Below are positions 50,701 through 63,582 of a stretch of DNA of 64,000 nucleotides, piece after piece. The notes beneath the pieces were generated by a model. It made no database searches. It was not told the origin of the DNA and worked only from the letters and a program-made list of their open reading frames with translations. Source of the stretch: Ophelia neglecta. Its lineage: Eukaryota. Location: the NCBI GenBank assembly GCA_965285935.1, contig OZ260663.1, positions 68,014,001 to 68,078,000 of the forward strand, in the 5' to 3' direction. Each line of letters opens with the position of its first letter. The stretch's first letter is position 1. The position numbers and the translations under genes were made by a program.

Positions 50701-53700
50701 TGCGGTCTATTCTCGACATGGGCCAGGAATTGCAACAGGCCGAATAATTACACAGATTGATGGCCGTCCGCGGCTCTAGCACCTCCGGCCTTTGTTACTT
50801 CTGCATACAATGGTCATGTAAATCAATTTGATTAAATTTGAAGACAGTGGTTCCTCCATTATTACCATAGGCGAAGTTGCCATTGTGTTATCGAGAAATG
50901 ACACGATACAGATTTTTTGCTAAGTGTTTGATCAATCTCTATTTCGCTGGTTATTGGTAATGCGCAATGACCAAGCTTTGGCAATAATAGTAAATATTGC
51001 AATAACAATAGAAAGGTGAGTCGCACGCAAAATTCTACCTCATATGCAGTCATATGCAGTTTGAACATGCACATGAGGAAGCAAACTTTAGGTGTCATGC
51101 CTATTCCAGACATTGGTGCGTTTTTGTTACATGAAAGCAAAAAGAAACTAGTAGCCATTAACATTAGCGTATAGGGACAGTTTTCCCATGGGTGTGTACC
51201 CAATAAAAATGCTTGTGGTTTGAGGATCAATCCATGAAATCAACTTTTATAGGGATGTGACTCGCATGTGAATATGAAAGGAGTCTTGGTAGAATTAGTT
51301 TAAGTTAGTCATCTTGATCGTTTCATAAGATCATTTATATTATTTAATTGAGTCACCCATAGTAGAAAATATGAAATGGATGCTTATAAAACAACAACAT
51401 TATGGTCAAACAACTTTCAGCTTAGAGCAAGAGCAGACGACTCAATCCAGCTTTTTATCACACACGTCCCTGTCACAGAGTTTATCATGGGCAATTATCT
51501 CTTTTTAAACTTCAAAATAATACATTGGCAAATTTTTTTTTTTTACAAGAATAACATTAAGTATATTATCTTGATTTAGTATAAATCACGTGTTCGACAA
51601 TTAGAGTTTTATATGAGTAACATATTTATGCCATTGAGCTGACTCAACAGTCAATGACATTCCGCACTTTATGACCTCATTTTAACACTCGTAGCGAGTC
51701 TCTGTAAGTAGCTACTTATGTTACAATATTGGCTATGAATTCAAATGTTGTTGAGTCGACTTTGGAATAATACAGGCATTAACAATGCGTCAGTATCCTT
51801 TGTTTGGCCTTACCTCATGTGCCCCCTTCCCCACTACCCCCCCCCCCCACACACACACACAAACACACGACGCACCTGAGTGAACCTCCGGTTACATATA
51901 GTTAATTACGGTTGCATTCTATAATTCTTAGATTGCTAAAATATTTTTATAGAAATATATAACTTTGTTTCTTTAATTAGCCTTTCTTTTTAATTATTTT
52001 GCCTCTGTTTAATGCCTTGTTTTTTGTACTTCAGTATCACAGGGGTCGGTAGCTGAATGCCGCAGAAATAGAGTTCTTAAGGTAACGGGTAACACTGGAT
52101 ATCTATCCAGCTTCGAAACCAGTCTTCATGGTTACGGCACTGCCGAATGTCCCTGGGAAATCAGGGCAGAAAAGGGACAAACGATTCGATTTTCTCTCCT
52201 GCGATTCGGCCCCGGCCGAATAGAAGATGACGCGTTGACCAACCACTTCCGGCAGGGTGACGTCTGCTATGAGCTGGCTACGATCATAGATGGCCCGGAC
52301 AGAAAAATAGTCACCACGTGTGGTGGAAACGATCGCGAAAAGACATTGGTAATCTCCCGAAGCAACAAAGTTGTGGTAGAATTTCTTCCTCAAGAAGTCC
52401 TGAAAGGCCTATCACCATTCTTCATCAAATATCAAGGTAGGTTACAAATTGTCAAGTAAGAATCGATGATTTGACGTTATTTTTGGATTATTAGAAGTTG
52501 CAGGAAAGTCCTTCGAACACAAAGATCTGTACTAACAATGTGAGATAGGTTAGTGAGTGTGACTCCTAAATATATCGGGATGAAATATGATTGTGAATGT
52601 CACCAGTTCCCCTTTTTTCTCTTCAAATATTACCCAATGTTAAAATGCGACATATTTTTGGAAATGTCGTCCTTCATTTCATTTATAGTATCATACGCTC
52701 GGTGGTAATGTCTTAAGAAAGAAAGGAAATTAATGTCTATGGCAATGAATATCTATGGCTAGACAGTGTCCAATTCATTTTTTATCACTGTACCACAAAA
52801 CACTCTCCCGTCAATCAATTAAAAGTAGGCCGTCCGTTATTGCTAAGAAGGCTGTAGGGTTTTCAAGAAAAATCTGTGCTGAAAGAAATTGCTATGGTCG
52901 GCCAGGATGAATAAATTGCAACAATTATTGACAATTAACGTTAAAAAAATGGAACTATTAATAATAATTGAAACATTTCATTATTGTCCATCCAATACTG
53001 TAACCGGGTGACCGTGCTAATAATAACCATATACCTTTTAAGTCAAAGTAGAAATAGTACAAGTAATACTTTACAGAGTGCAATAACCAAAGACCAATAA
53101 CTCCATACAATAGTAATTTTATGAATGGAGGGTTATGGAAACTGGGTTGAATGGAGAATTTATTTCATGCTTACATGTGGTGGCACCAACGGCAATAAAG
53201 TAAAAGGAACTTTGCCGCACCGTCAGTTGAATGCAGTTTACAATAGCAATGCCCTTATTAACACGTGTGGCGCAGAATAGAATTAGCGTGGAGCACTTTT
53301 AAGCTTATGAATTATTTCCATTGCTCTTTATTTTGGGAAATTCTTTTGTTTGGAACACAATCAATTAAATAATACAATTCCAAATTAATCAAATTGTACC
53401 AACATCACATGCATCTCAGGAGAGTTAAAAGCCGATTCCCATAATATTCAGAGTACCGTGGTTTTACGGTACGTGCACTTCTACGATACATTAACACTCT
53501 TTACAGAGTAAAATGTTAGTACGCGGGTCCCAACCCGCTTTGAGAAGGCTCCTTGTAGGTCAGGATATCAATGCGGACCACTGGAACAAATCACTTCATG
53601 AGATGCCCAACAGGGACAAATAAATTTGTTTCTGCTGTGTACTCGAACTTTCTCTCTACATTTATATATACTATAATTAGTAGAAGACAGAAATGATAAA

Positions 53701-56327
53701 GCGAGAAGAGTAAACAGAAAAACAATATTTGACGGATGTCCCTAGCTGTCCCTAGCAGATGAAGCCGTCAAAATCTGCGGATCAGTCAGCTCGGTCTTCC
53801 GACAGTCTGGCGGCAAATAGGCCTATGTCAGAGACCTATGATATAACGCTGAGTGTGTTCTATTGTCACTGGCGGAGATCGCGTCGCTGGGATCGACTTT
53901 ATCAAACTGTTTGTCAACTCTACTTGTCCGGCAAACTATATTTGGTTCATTCGGTGAGATCCGTAAATTTCGGCCAGTCGCCAACGAATTGGAATGCCTT
54001 TCCGGTGAAAAAACCCCAAAATCGTCTGCACAGACGGTGCCCGACGGCCGGTGGTGTTAAAGCACCCTGTCCGCACTCCTAGACTGTACCTTCCCTACTA
54101 GGCCTACATTTTCCTACAGCTCCATGAGCAACGCAGGAAATAGTCGTTACCAATAACTTCGCGATTAAATCATGACTACTTTTCAGATCACGTCTCATAA
54201 CATAGGAAGGTACTGCTGTCAAAGTCGCTCGAATACTTTTAGTGATCATAAAGGAAGCATTTACTTCAGATGCTTTCCAAAAAGCAAGCGATGCATCACA
54301 TCGCCGACTATGATGCCATAGAAATGACCACATTTCCGTTTCTGATTAATTGAAAAAAATGCCCGGATGTTCTGGGAATAGTATCTCATCTGGCTCGACT
54401 TAATCTGGCTTATGTTTACAATAATTTATGATTTAAGTTGCAGGCATATCTAGGTGCTTTGGGGAAATACAAAGTTGACTGGAAAAAAAACCTAAAATAA
54501 AAATAACACCCGCGTATATAAATCGAGAAAGGTCTCTTCATAATACAAATAAATGAAAGAAAGTCACCAGTAACATATGGCCGTTAAAGATATAATAGGA
54601 CATAATAGAATATCGGAAAGTAAAGTTTATATAGTAGAATTAGTAAAATTCCACCAATTTTTGATAAAATCATAAACAAGAAAATACACAGGTGTGTATG
54701 TCAGTCTACATTTGCTTTAATACAGGTATCATGCCCCACGATGCCCGGCGATCAGACTTTTTCTTGAACTGACCTAAACTTAATACGTTATTGCATACAT
54801 ACAGTACCATTTGACTGATTCAAACTGTTTCTTTTCAGCCCTTGGTTGTGCGGCGTTAGTCGCTCCTCGAGGAGGCACGGTGAAGGTTGTCGACGGAGGC
54901 CAGACGGCAGAAGTTCGCTGTAACAACTCAGAGGCAACATGGCGTCTGGTGTGCTCTGGTACCGCCTGGATAGGGGAGCTTGGTAACTGTACACACGGTG
55001 AGCATTGCCATGTTTATATTTCAACAAAGATATAGACACTGCTTTGCTAAAATGTCTATATAAATTTCAGCCATATTTACTACAATGTGGGAAACAAACC
55101 TTTCCCAGACACCATGTGTGTTAAAAAAAACCTACCAGATGAGCGAAAGATTAAGCAACTGAAGCATGAAATGAAAATTGGGTAATTTTTTTAGGTATAA
55201 TGAAATAGTACTCTGATCACATTGGTAGCAAAATCCATATCCATCTCGACAGTAGTTTTAGCCAGAAAAAGTTAGCCGGGGAGTGAAGAGCCAAGGCATG
55301 ATGTTCATTCTTCAGACTTTTCATGTTATCAATAACAAGTTGAAATTGTTTGAGCGTGCGGTACACAATTCATTACCTCGACCAAAAACCCTGCAGACAA
55401 AATGAATACACAGGTGTATAATATCCACGTGAATCCCGCAAACACGTTAGCCAGACATGCAAACAACTGTGGCAACTGTTCACATGTTAGTATCAAATGT
55501 CGTCTGCTTTCAATGCCAATACACTGATTATGCGTTTACTCAACTTTCAGCTACTCAAACGTGGAGCCTTGGGAACATACTAAAAAACGAGGAAAAATTT
55601 CCTTTCGGTAGGTTATCGATAAGCATGTGGTCAGGACCGTTATTTCTGGGTAAATTAAGCGTCCTGATTGTTAGCAGAATATTAACGTCGGACATTTAAA
55701 ACTGTGCGTGATATCTCTGTCTTCATGGTTAGAGCTGTTATATCGACAGTGCGCATTAAGACTTTTACACAGATTTACATTTACCTAAAACACCAGAAAA
55801 CTTCTATTCAGGCATCCTTATAGTAGTAGCTATTGGCGTAGCACTAGGCGTATTCTTTGGCGGCATACTTCTTTCCGTGGCGGCTGTATATATGAAACGG
55901 TGAGTCTCATGATAATACATATTATACGTTCATATAATTGCTAACAAACAAAAAAGATGCAAATGCATAAACGTAGTATTTCACACATATAGGAAAGAAT
56001 ATAATTCCACAGTCATTGTAGACAAAATTCAGAAAATATTCGACTTTATTGTTTATTAGGAAAAACAGGCCATACGATAATCCCGAAGTGCTCAGACGAG
56101 AAATTGACGATCCTTATCAAGAACACAAAGGATTTACCGAAGAACATATGGCCACTCTAAATCGTGACGGGCATTATCGTGTGACGTATGCAGAAGAAGG
56201 GCAGTACTGTCCACGTCACGATAGTATGTTAAAAGACAGCGGCTACGCCTCGCACACAATACCTTCCTACAATGGCACGGCCAGCACCAAGTCTGGACAT
56301 GTCTACGAAAGTCCACAGTTTTCTTGA
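43423..56327 (+). CDS. Paralogue 3: SUEL-lectin + CUB + Sushi-like type I membrane protein (about 451-462 aa)
   Basis: Exons 43423/43456-43546 (signal), 49980-50270 (SUEL YCQSEYFNVTC...QYGRMRSGRC...PCPKDLTSYLEAKFTC), 52035-52436 (CUB), 54839-54997 (Sushi-like), 55551-55607 (ATQTWSLGNILKNEEKFPF), 55812-55899 (TM GILIVVAIGVALGVFFGGILLSVAAVYMKR) and 56060-56327 (tail ending HVYESPQFS*). All introns are GT-AG. Total 1389 nt from the first ATG, in one open frame. Confidence 0.9.
46251..46303 (+). mobile_element. Possible SINE/LINE 3' tail remnant
   Basis: CACTAAATGACCCACATGGTGTCTATGTGTCGTTAAGCCCCAAAAATCCAATCC resembles the ...TGACC...CGTTAA plus short-repeat tails of invertebrate SINEs. Recognised by eye only. 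Confidence 0.3.
47202..47378. mobile_element. Tc1/mariner-superfamily (pogo/Tigger-like) MITE, 177 bp
   Basis: Terminal inverted repeats CGGTGAAACCTGT ... ACAGGTTTCACTG (one mismatch), flanked by TA on both sides (47200-47201 and 47379-47380), with internal GGTCACC-type repeats. Confidence 0.85.
47737..47834. repeat. (CT)n microsatellite with ACACAC interruptions
   Basis: A long TC run followed by three ACACACTCTCTCTC units. Confidence 0.95.
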
Positions 56328-56360
56328 TCTCGCTATTTTCCGGCAAAATCGCCAATAGGA

Positions 56361-56457
56361 CTGTGTGACTTTGCAAGTCACGCTGTGTGACTTCACTAGT
56401 CATGGAAAAATGTGTGACCAATCACGGTTAAATAATGTGTGACTTCATCAGTCATGG
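56361..56457 (+). repeat. Four short TGTGTGAC...TCAYG units at the start of the paralogue 3 3' UTR
   Basis: CTGTGTGACTTTGCAAGTCACG, CTGTGTGACTTCACTAGTCATG, ATGTGTGACCAATCACG and ATGTGTGACTTCATCAGTCATG; each is self-complementary. Confidence 0.75.
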
Positions 56458-59400
56458 TATAATGTGTTCCGAGTGCAGTGTACATAGTTTTTATATACGT
56501 CTGCCTTTACATGTATATACTTGTTTTCCTTTTTGTAGAAAAGTAGATCTCAAATTCTTTGGCCAAACATCTTTGTCATACATTTATGATATCATTTTGC
56601 GAAAAATGTAAATAACTTTATAATTCGATGTCGAACTATGTGCCTCTGTATGGGTCCTCCTAAAAACTATCCTGGCACTTTTAAGAAGGCCAGATAAATC
56701 GGAAAAATATCAACCATGGCTTCCTGTCGTTTCATTGGTTTTTTAATCCAAGTAGAAAGGCACAGTAACCGAACTGGGTCAGAAATATATTACGAATGAA
56801 AATGCATGGTGTAAGTAACGTGTTCATATGGATGAAATAAAAATATATATTGTACAATAATTTTTGTTAAAGCAAAAATAATGTTTAAGCATATTTATAT
56901 CGGAGACGACACTGGAGTATATATCGCAACATGTATCTCAACATTCGTCGACTGATCGAATGTAAACCATAACCATTTACAAGTAAGGGAAGAGCAACGA
57001 AATAAACACATAAAACATTGACAAAAAGAGACCAATGTGCTTAATTCATGTTTAAGAACAGCATCAGAAAGCCAGATAAATAAAACAAGTACATAATAGC
57101 TCATTTTCATCATGGTCCTTGTCTGGAAAAACATGTAAGCAAAAATATAAGTTAGAAAATATTAATATAGATAATTATTAGGAAACAGTAGTCAAAATTG
57201 AAATTACCGATTGTTGTTGAACAGTTAGACCTGGTCAGAATAGGGCTGGCTGCTCCAAATACAAAGATAAATAAATGATAAAATTAAAATAGAGTTTAAC
57301 TGGTAAGAATTGGATTTGAACTTGGTAGACTTTAACATTGATCGTAATTACCTTCATCCTGGGCATCCGCTATGATCAAAGGCAGCCGGAGACATGGAAG
57401 TATCCTGATCAGATGTTACTTAGGAATGGCCAGGTGATGTGTTGCCTCTGGTCAGATTAAGGTGTTGGTTGATGAGTTACTCTTGAATACCCTATTGCGA
57501 AGCGATCTAGTCGCACAATAACACCAAATGCAGCACTAACATTTCTCTCTTCGCAAAATAACTTCGATTGCTTACTTGATCGTTGCACAACAGTGGAAAA
57601 CTACTCAAAAATAGGTGGTCCGTACCATGCGTGTATCAACGCTAGTATCAATAGGGCCCTATCAATGTCTTGTCGCTTACGTTAATCCAACTAGGTTTTT
57701 GAGACGGTACAAAGCAATATACGAATACTAGAAGACGGTCCAGAATAAAGCGCTTGGCTCTCCGTGCACTGAAACACGGTCTTTGTGTTTTTGTTTCGAC
57801 CAATATACCAAAACAGGCATCAATCCATAATTACGTATAAGCGACACATGTTGGTAGTATAGATAAGCACAGAAGTTTTTAGCATGTAAGAGGCAGGCTT
57901 TGCCGTCACTATAGGATCCAAAATAATGACCTAAGTGACTGACATTTTTCGTAGTTTTGAAATAATCGAGTAAAACTGATTAATTCACTTAGTCCAGGAA
58001 TCATGCATGTAATGTGCACGACACAAACTTGTGTGCGTATTGGCTGTCTGCCATGGGATCGGGGAGATACAAAACCACTCCACCACATATTATAAACGGA
58101 GGTGGACAACGGGGAGACAAGCAAAACCATTAATAAAAAATTGTCCATTAAATCGGGCCACAATCATCAGAAACCACGAGCCACAGGCCCAAATATATCA
58201 ACCTCAATTTTCTAAACAGTTAATAAACTTGTAAGGCAATTCAAAATAAAATCATGAAATTCATATAGGTCTATATAAATAGTAATGAGAAGTAGTCAAC
58301 ATTTTTCCATGATTCGACTCAGCATTACAGCCAGTTGAAGTAGCTCTGGCGGTCACAACACAAATGGGTTTTCCACACAGTTGATCGTGAAAGGCTACTT
58401 CTGAAAGCGTCACTTTTCACGTGGCTCAACGAGTAGTTAGAGCCCTAACATGCAGTGTAAACTTGCGGGAAACTAACAACTACTGCTATGGCAAAACAGG
58501 TCAAAGTAAACACAGGAATATATAGGAGCTGCCAAAACGGCTTCTGCCACGAGCGTCCATTCAGAGAAGGGACTACAGTTAGATTTATAGTCAGAGGCAG
58601 TTACTTATTTCCGCATAATTATGAAGAACTACAAGTCCACTTGGCATGCAACCGAATCTATTTCACTGTATTCAGAATATGTAGCCTACAACTGCCCATA
58701 CATTTTTATCCCCTTTTATTCTGGAATCCAAAAAAGACGATTTTGTTTTAGAATTCGCGGTAGACGGCGAAATTTCTGAATCAATCTAGATCTAGTGCAC
58801 AAGTTTGTTTATGGATAGGGTAGCACGTAAAACATAATATCTTATCACGGTCAGTGCATTATAATCACTAGTAATTTGATAGAGTCATAACGTATACTCG
58901 TGCGTGTGTTAATTAACGAAGCAAAAACAGTGTTTTTTGTTCCAGGCTTAATGATTTGGAAGTCTGCCTAAGTGAAACAAATGGACCAATTGAATACATG
59001 GATTCAAACGTAAAAGCATGCTCCTATTTACTGCTAACAATTGAACTATATTAATATCTCACATCATCTTTTGATATTCCTGCTCGTGCGATCTACTTTC
59101 ATTTCCATTTCCTTAATAATTGAACACCATGGGTTGTAATAAAAAAAGACCACACCTTTATCACCCAAGAAAATGATTATATTTTTGACTGTTTGCTGCT
59201 ACGTATTTCATGGTCATTGGTTTCATTTAGATGCCACAGATTTACTTTGTAAATAAGTGCATTTAATTCATTCACATACAATGTAGTTAAATTAATCTCT
59301 AAATATGCAATGAGTATGATTATATCGTATAAAAAGGTATAAAAATTGTGGTGCAAATACAAGAGTTTAGCGTAAGAATTATATAATAGTAATTTATATC

Positions 59401-61459
59401 AAATATATCAAATAGTTTGCCATTGTGCACTAGTCTGTTCATAAATGGCGAGTGGCAAACTCCATTCCATCCTGACTGAAGTAAGCATCATCCGACTGCA
59501 TGTCGTGTACAAGAGATTACGAATAACAATGGAAACCATGAGATCATTACAACAGCCGGACGTCCAAATAACATTATGCCTATACATAATATACAGCGAG
59601 CTTCTCGAGGAGCACCTTAGTACAAAAGACATGCACCTGAGTTATAATTATTATATAGGGGGCTTACAGGGAACCTAATCCAATCGAGGGCTAAATCATC
59701 CCATACTTTGGTGATGGCAATACTAGGCCTACTTCTCAGAAGCAATTTGAAAAATGTCATGACACGAGTAATTACAAAGTTGCAAAGAGATGTGTATATC
59801 ATTACATTTAAGTGCAGTAGAGAACAATGAGGTGTTCAAGTAGTGCTCAGTAAATAACGATTTGGCTTCCTCGATTTTCCGAGTTGTATATAGACGACCC
59901 GTCTGTTTTAATTAAAACCCGTCTGTTTTAATTTCAAAGTCAGCTGATTACTCAGCTGAACCTCATGTCAATAGCTAGAAATAGTAACTCAACGATTTTT
60001 CAACCCATAAGAACCCGTATGATGTAAAGACAAGTATTTCTTTATCCAGCACCCTGCAACTTGTCATTTTAAGTGATATGATAAGCTAGTGGTATCCGCT
60101 GTTCTGCGCACTTCTTGCAGTTAATTATGCCAAGTTGATTCAATCTAGTAACAGCATTGATCATGAAGACGGTAGTTACCCTCCGGGTCAGGTCATTTCC
60201 AAGGGGACAAGCCAACAACGTTCACTACACTCTGGTCATATTATCCATGATCGAGGTATAAATAGACAGTAAACATTTCATACGAGACTCGCCACGCGGA
60301 ACGCTCAATCAGTTCAATGTCAATAAGCATGCGTTCTACATATCAAACACACATTGAACCCACCATGAGTGTGTAAGTAACTGAGATTGTAATTGCCACA
60401 GTATTTTGTTTGAAGCTTAAAATTTTCGAACACAGGTATGCCGTCAAATATACCGGGAGGGCATGTGTACCTGACAGGTTTTAATACGGGAAGGATACCG
60501 GAGATCACTCTATAACATAGGATATCGCCACATATTGGCCTTCAGGCGAGAACCAACTATAAAAGTGCTTATATGAGGAAATATTTATTTATTGGTGGTA
60601 AACTAGTCCTACCTCTTGACATCAAGTGCACACAACAATCCACCAAGACGGAGCCTTCTGAAGTTCAGTAAGTAATATAAGATAGTAATCATATTTAAAA
60701 TATTACGGTCTCGATAAATATCAATTAGATTAATGTAATCGTTAACTAACGATTTTGCCATACATATACATGAACTAAAATTATGCTTATATCCAGCAGT
60801 TATTAAGCTACTCTCGAATTTTGAATACAATAAGGATCGGAGTTAAACTAAGGTATAAATATAGGGAATGAAGAATTTCCTTACGATAAGCATTACAGAT
60901 ACGACAAATGTCATTTATCCTAGGTTTTTTTCCGTTGCAGGAGATCTTTACCTTTAAACTGAGGGTATTGGTAGGTACGTGCACTAATAAAAATTCATTT
61001 AAACAGCAACAACAAAATTGAATACGAAATGTCGAATAATCATATCCGCATTTGCGACATCTGAAATCCCTGTATTTAAAACAAATTTCTGATCAGGCCA
61101 TATAATTGCACATTCTGTAAATTTACCCTACTCCTACTGGATTTCGAATAGGCATCCGTATTGGTTATAAGTATATATTTTACTCCCCGACGAACTGTCG
61201 TGGGTTGTCATGGAAATTATCATCGTTTCCATGCAAATATCGATAATGGCACGACATGCTGATATTTTCCGGCAGTGTTTATATTTCACTTTTCTGTAAG
61301 GTGTGTAGGAAAGTCATATAATGACAATAACACCATAAGAATGTAATTCGTCAAAGTAGTAAACGAGCTATCTAATATACATATCATCAAAACGCGTTCA
61401 GCTATTTTCAGAAAAGCCTAGCTGGGCCTGACCGGAACCTGGTCAAGCATCCAGGAACG

Positions 61460-63582
61460 ATGGCCAAACTGCTATCACACGTGGCCTCGAAAATTCGGGC
61501 TGCTTCGGCCGAGGGGGAGGACATTGACGACTATCTGAGCAATAGGGACAAAAACAAATCGAATCGGAGAGATAGGAGTTTTGAAAACCTAGTGCACGAA
61601 TTAAAGATGGCTTTAATTGATATCAAGTAAGTACAGTGCAGGGCCATGTTTGGTTTAAACTTGTTTAAACTTGAATTTGGAAGTACACAAAACCGTTAAT
61701 GTATTGAAACTAACTGCACATAATTGTTAAATACATATATGTTTTTCAGTGAAAAAGATGCAAGTGCGGTCAAGGAATTTCTAAGTGCATGTATGCAGCA
61801 CGGTTCTAGGAAAGTTATTGACAAATTTGCCCTACCTGTTCTGGAAACCAAAGATGTCGTGTGCTGGCAGGTAGAGTCATAGTTGTTTAAAACCATGCGC
61901 TCTTTTTATATATTAAAGTGACGGTAAAATGAAAAACTGTGAATGAATAAAAGCTCCTTTTCCATAATTATATTGTCATGATTCGTCTGGTAACCCCGAG
62001 GTATCGCCTTACTTTTCATTGATTCTTCGTCCTTATTCCATCAGTTCACACCCACCGTCTTAAAGGGTTTTTTTTTCTGAAAAGTCTTACACTATATATC
62101 CTGGGATCATGCACCTTGTTTCGAATATATAACATGTTGCAAAGTGCATTACCACCATAATCCTCATATGTCTTGTCAACTTTAAACGTTAGAACTGTTT
62201 GCAATTGTAGAAAAATAAAGTCGATAGCTACGCCTGTCTTCATACTTTGTATTATGTTTATTACTCTCACCTTTTCTTACATTGCAGGATCACGATGACA
62301 TAATTTGTCTTATACTGGATGCCATGTTAAAAGTTGGCAAGCCTTGGAATAAATACACTCGCCGTCATACGTCCGAGTTTGTTGACACACTTCTGCTCAT
62401 TATCAAGTAAGCCTTAAAACCTACTGAATTGGTTTGTAGGATCGTACTTATTGCTAGTTATTTTCAAATACCTATCTGAAACGAAATTATAGGTCTAGGT
62501 ATTCTTAGTATGGCCCCCTTACCAAGACGCGTCTTTATCAGGATTATTTAGTCAGATTTGGGATTTTATTTTTCAGACGAAACGGGCACACGCGGACTGT
62601 TCAACCGAAGATTCTGCAGATCATACAGTATACCCTCCAGCATGCCATAAACGAAGGCCAATCCCCCCTCCCAATCCAGGACTCATTTCAGAGATTTGTC
62701 TCAGCCTTCAACTGGAGAGTGAGTTTTCATGTATTCAACACATCTTCACTCTTTATTCAAATCACTAACTGTTTCTTAATACAATTATTCATTTTGCCAG
62801 GATAACTACAAAGATGCAATAAACACGTTACATATTTTGAGAAGACTGATAAAAGAGAACCCCCGACTGAAGAGAAACGACATTTGCAAAGAGTTCATGC
62901 AAAGATTATGTGAAACCGAGAGGTACAAGTAAATGTACAAATAAAGTAAAGCCAATATTTTGTATAAATTGTATCATGATATTCTCAAAGAAGATAAGAG
63001 TGTACGCACTATAAACGCATTGTGTTCACATCTTAACCTGTTCATTAATTTAATACAGCGTGAGGTTTTTATTAGACATCAACGAAGCAGTAGCTGAGAT
63101 ATTCACCTTATGTACCAAACAACACCTAAAACAGAAAGAACGGAGAACCAACTGTTATCAAATGCTGGAAGACATTATGTATTACTACCTAGACAGAGTA
63201 AGTATACAAGTGTAAGTAGTTGCTTTAGATGTCCATAGCGTTATTCACCCCTGTAAAGTTATTGGTCGATGGCTCGGAGGCCAGGAAAAAATATAAACAA
63301 AAGTATATTGACAAAAATTGTTCTCGAAGGAAGGTTATTCTGTTTTACAATATTCTTCAAAATTGTGAATAAATCTTTCATTTTGTGACTAGCACTCCTC
63401 ACCCAAGTTGGCAGCGCCGATGATGCCAGACGTGAAAAGATTGTGGAAATGTGGAGATTCTGAACTTGAGAAGTGCGCTCAGAGGGTGATCCTGAGTCAC
63501 TGCGGCACCTATGAACTAGTTGACGACATAACAGATATACTGTTGGATATGGCCCTTTCGGGAGAAAACACCAGTCATATAA
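61460..63582 (+). CDS. 5' part of an unrelated multi-exon gene; uncharacterised, predicted alpha-helical (possibly HEAT/ARM-like) protein, at least 333 aa, probably continuing beyond the window
   Basis: Coding exons 61460-61626, 61750-61870, 62288-62406, 62577-62718, 62801-62922, 63059-63197 and 63393-63582. All introns are GT-AG, with phases 2,0,2,0,2,0,1 joining into one stop-free frame: MAKLLSHVASKIRAASAEGEDIDDYLS...DHDDIICLILDAMLKVGKPW...LVDDITDILLDMALSGENTSHI. An acceptor at 61411 upstream of the ATG implies non-coding 5' exon(s); candidates end at 60667 and lie at 60941-60974. Confidence 0.85.
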
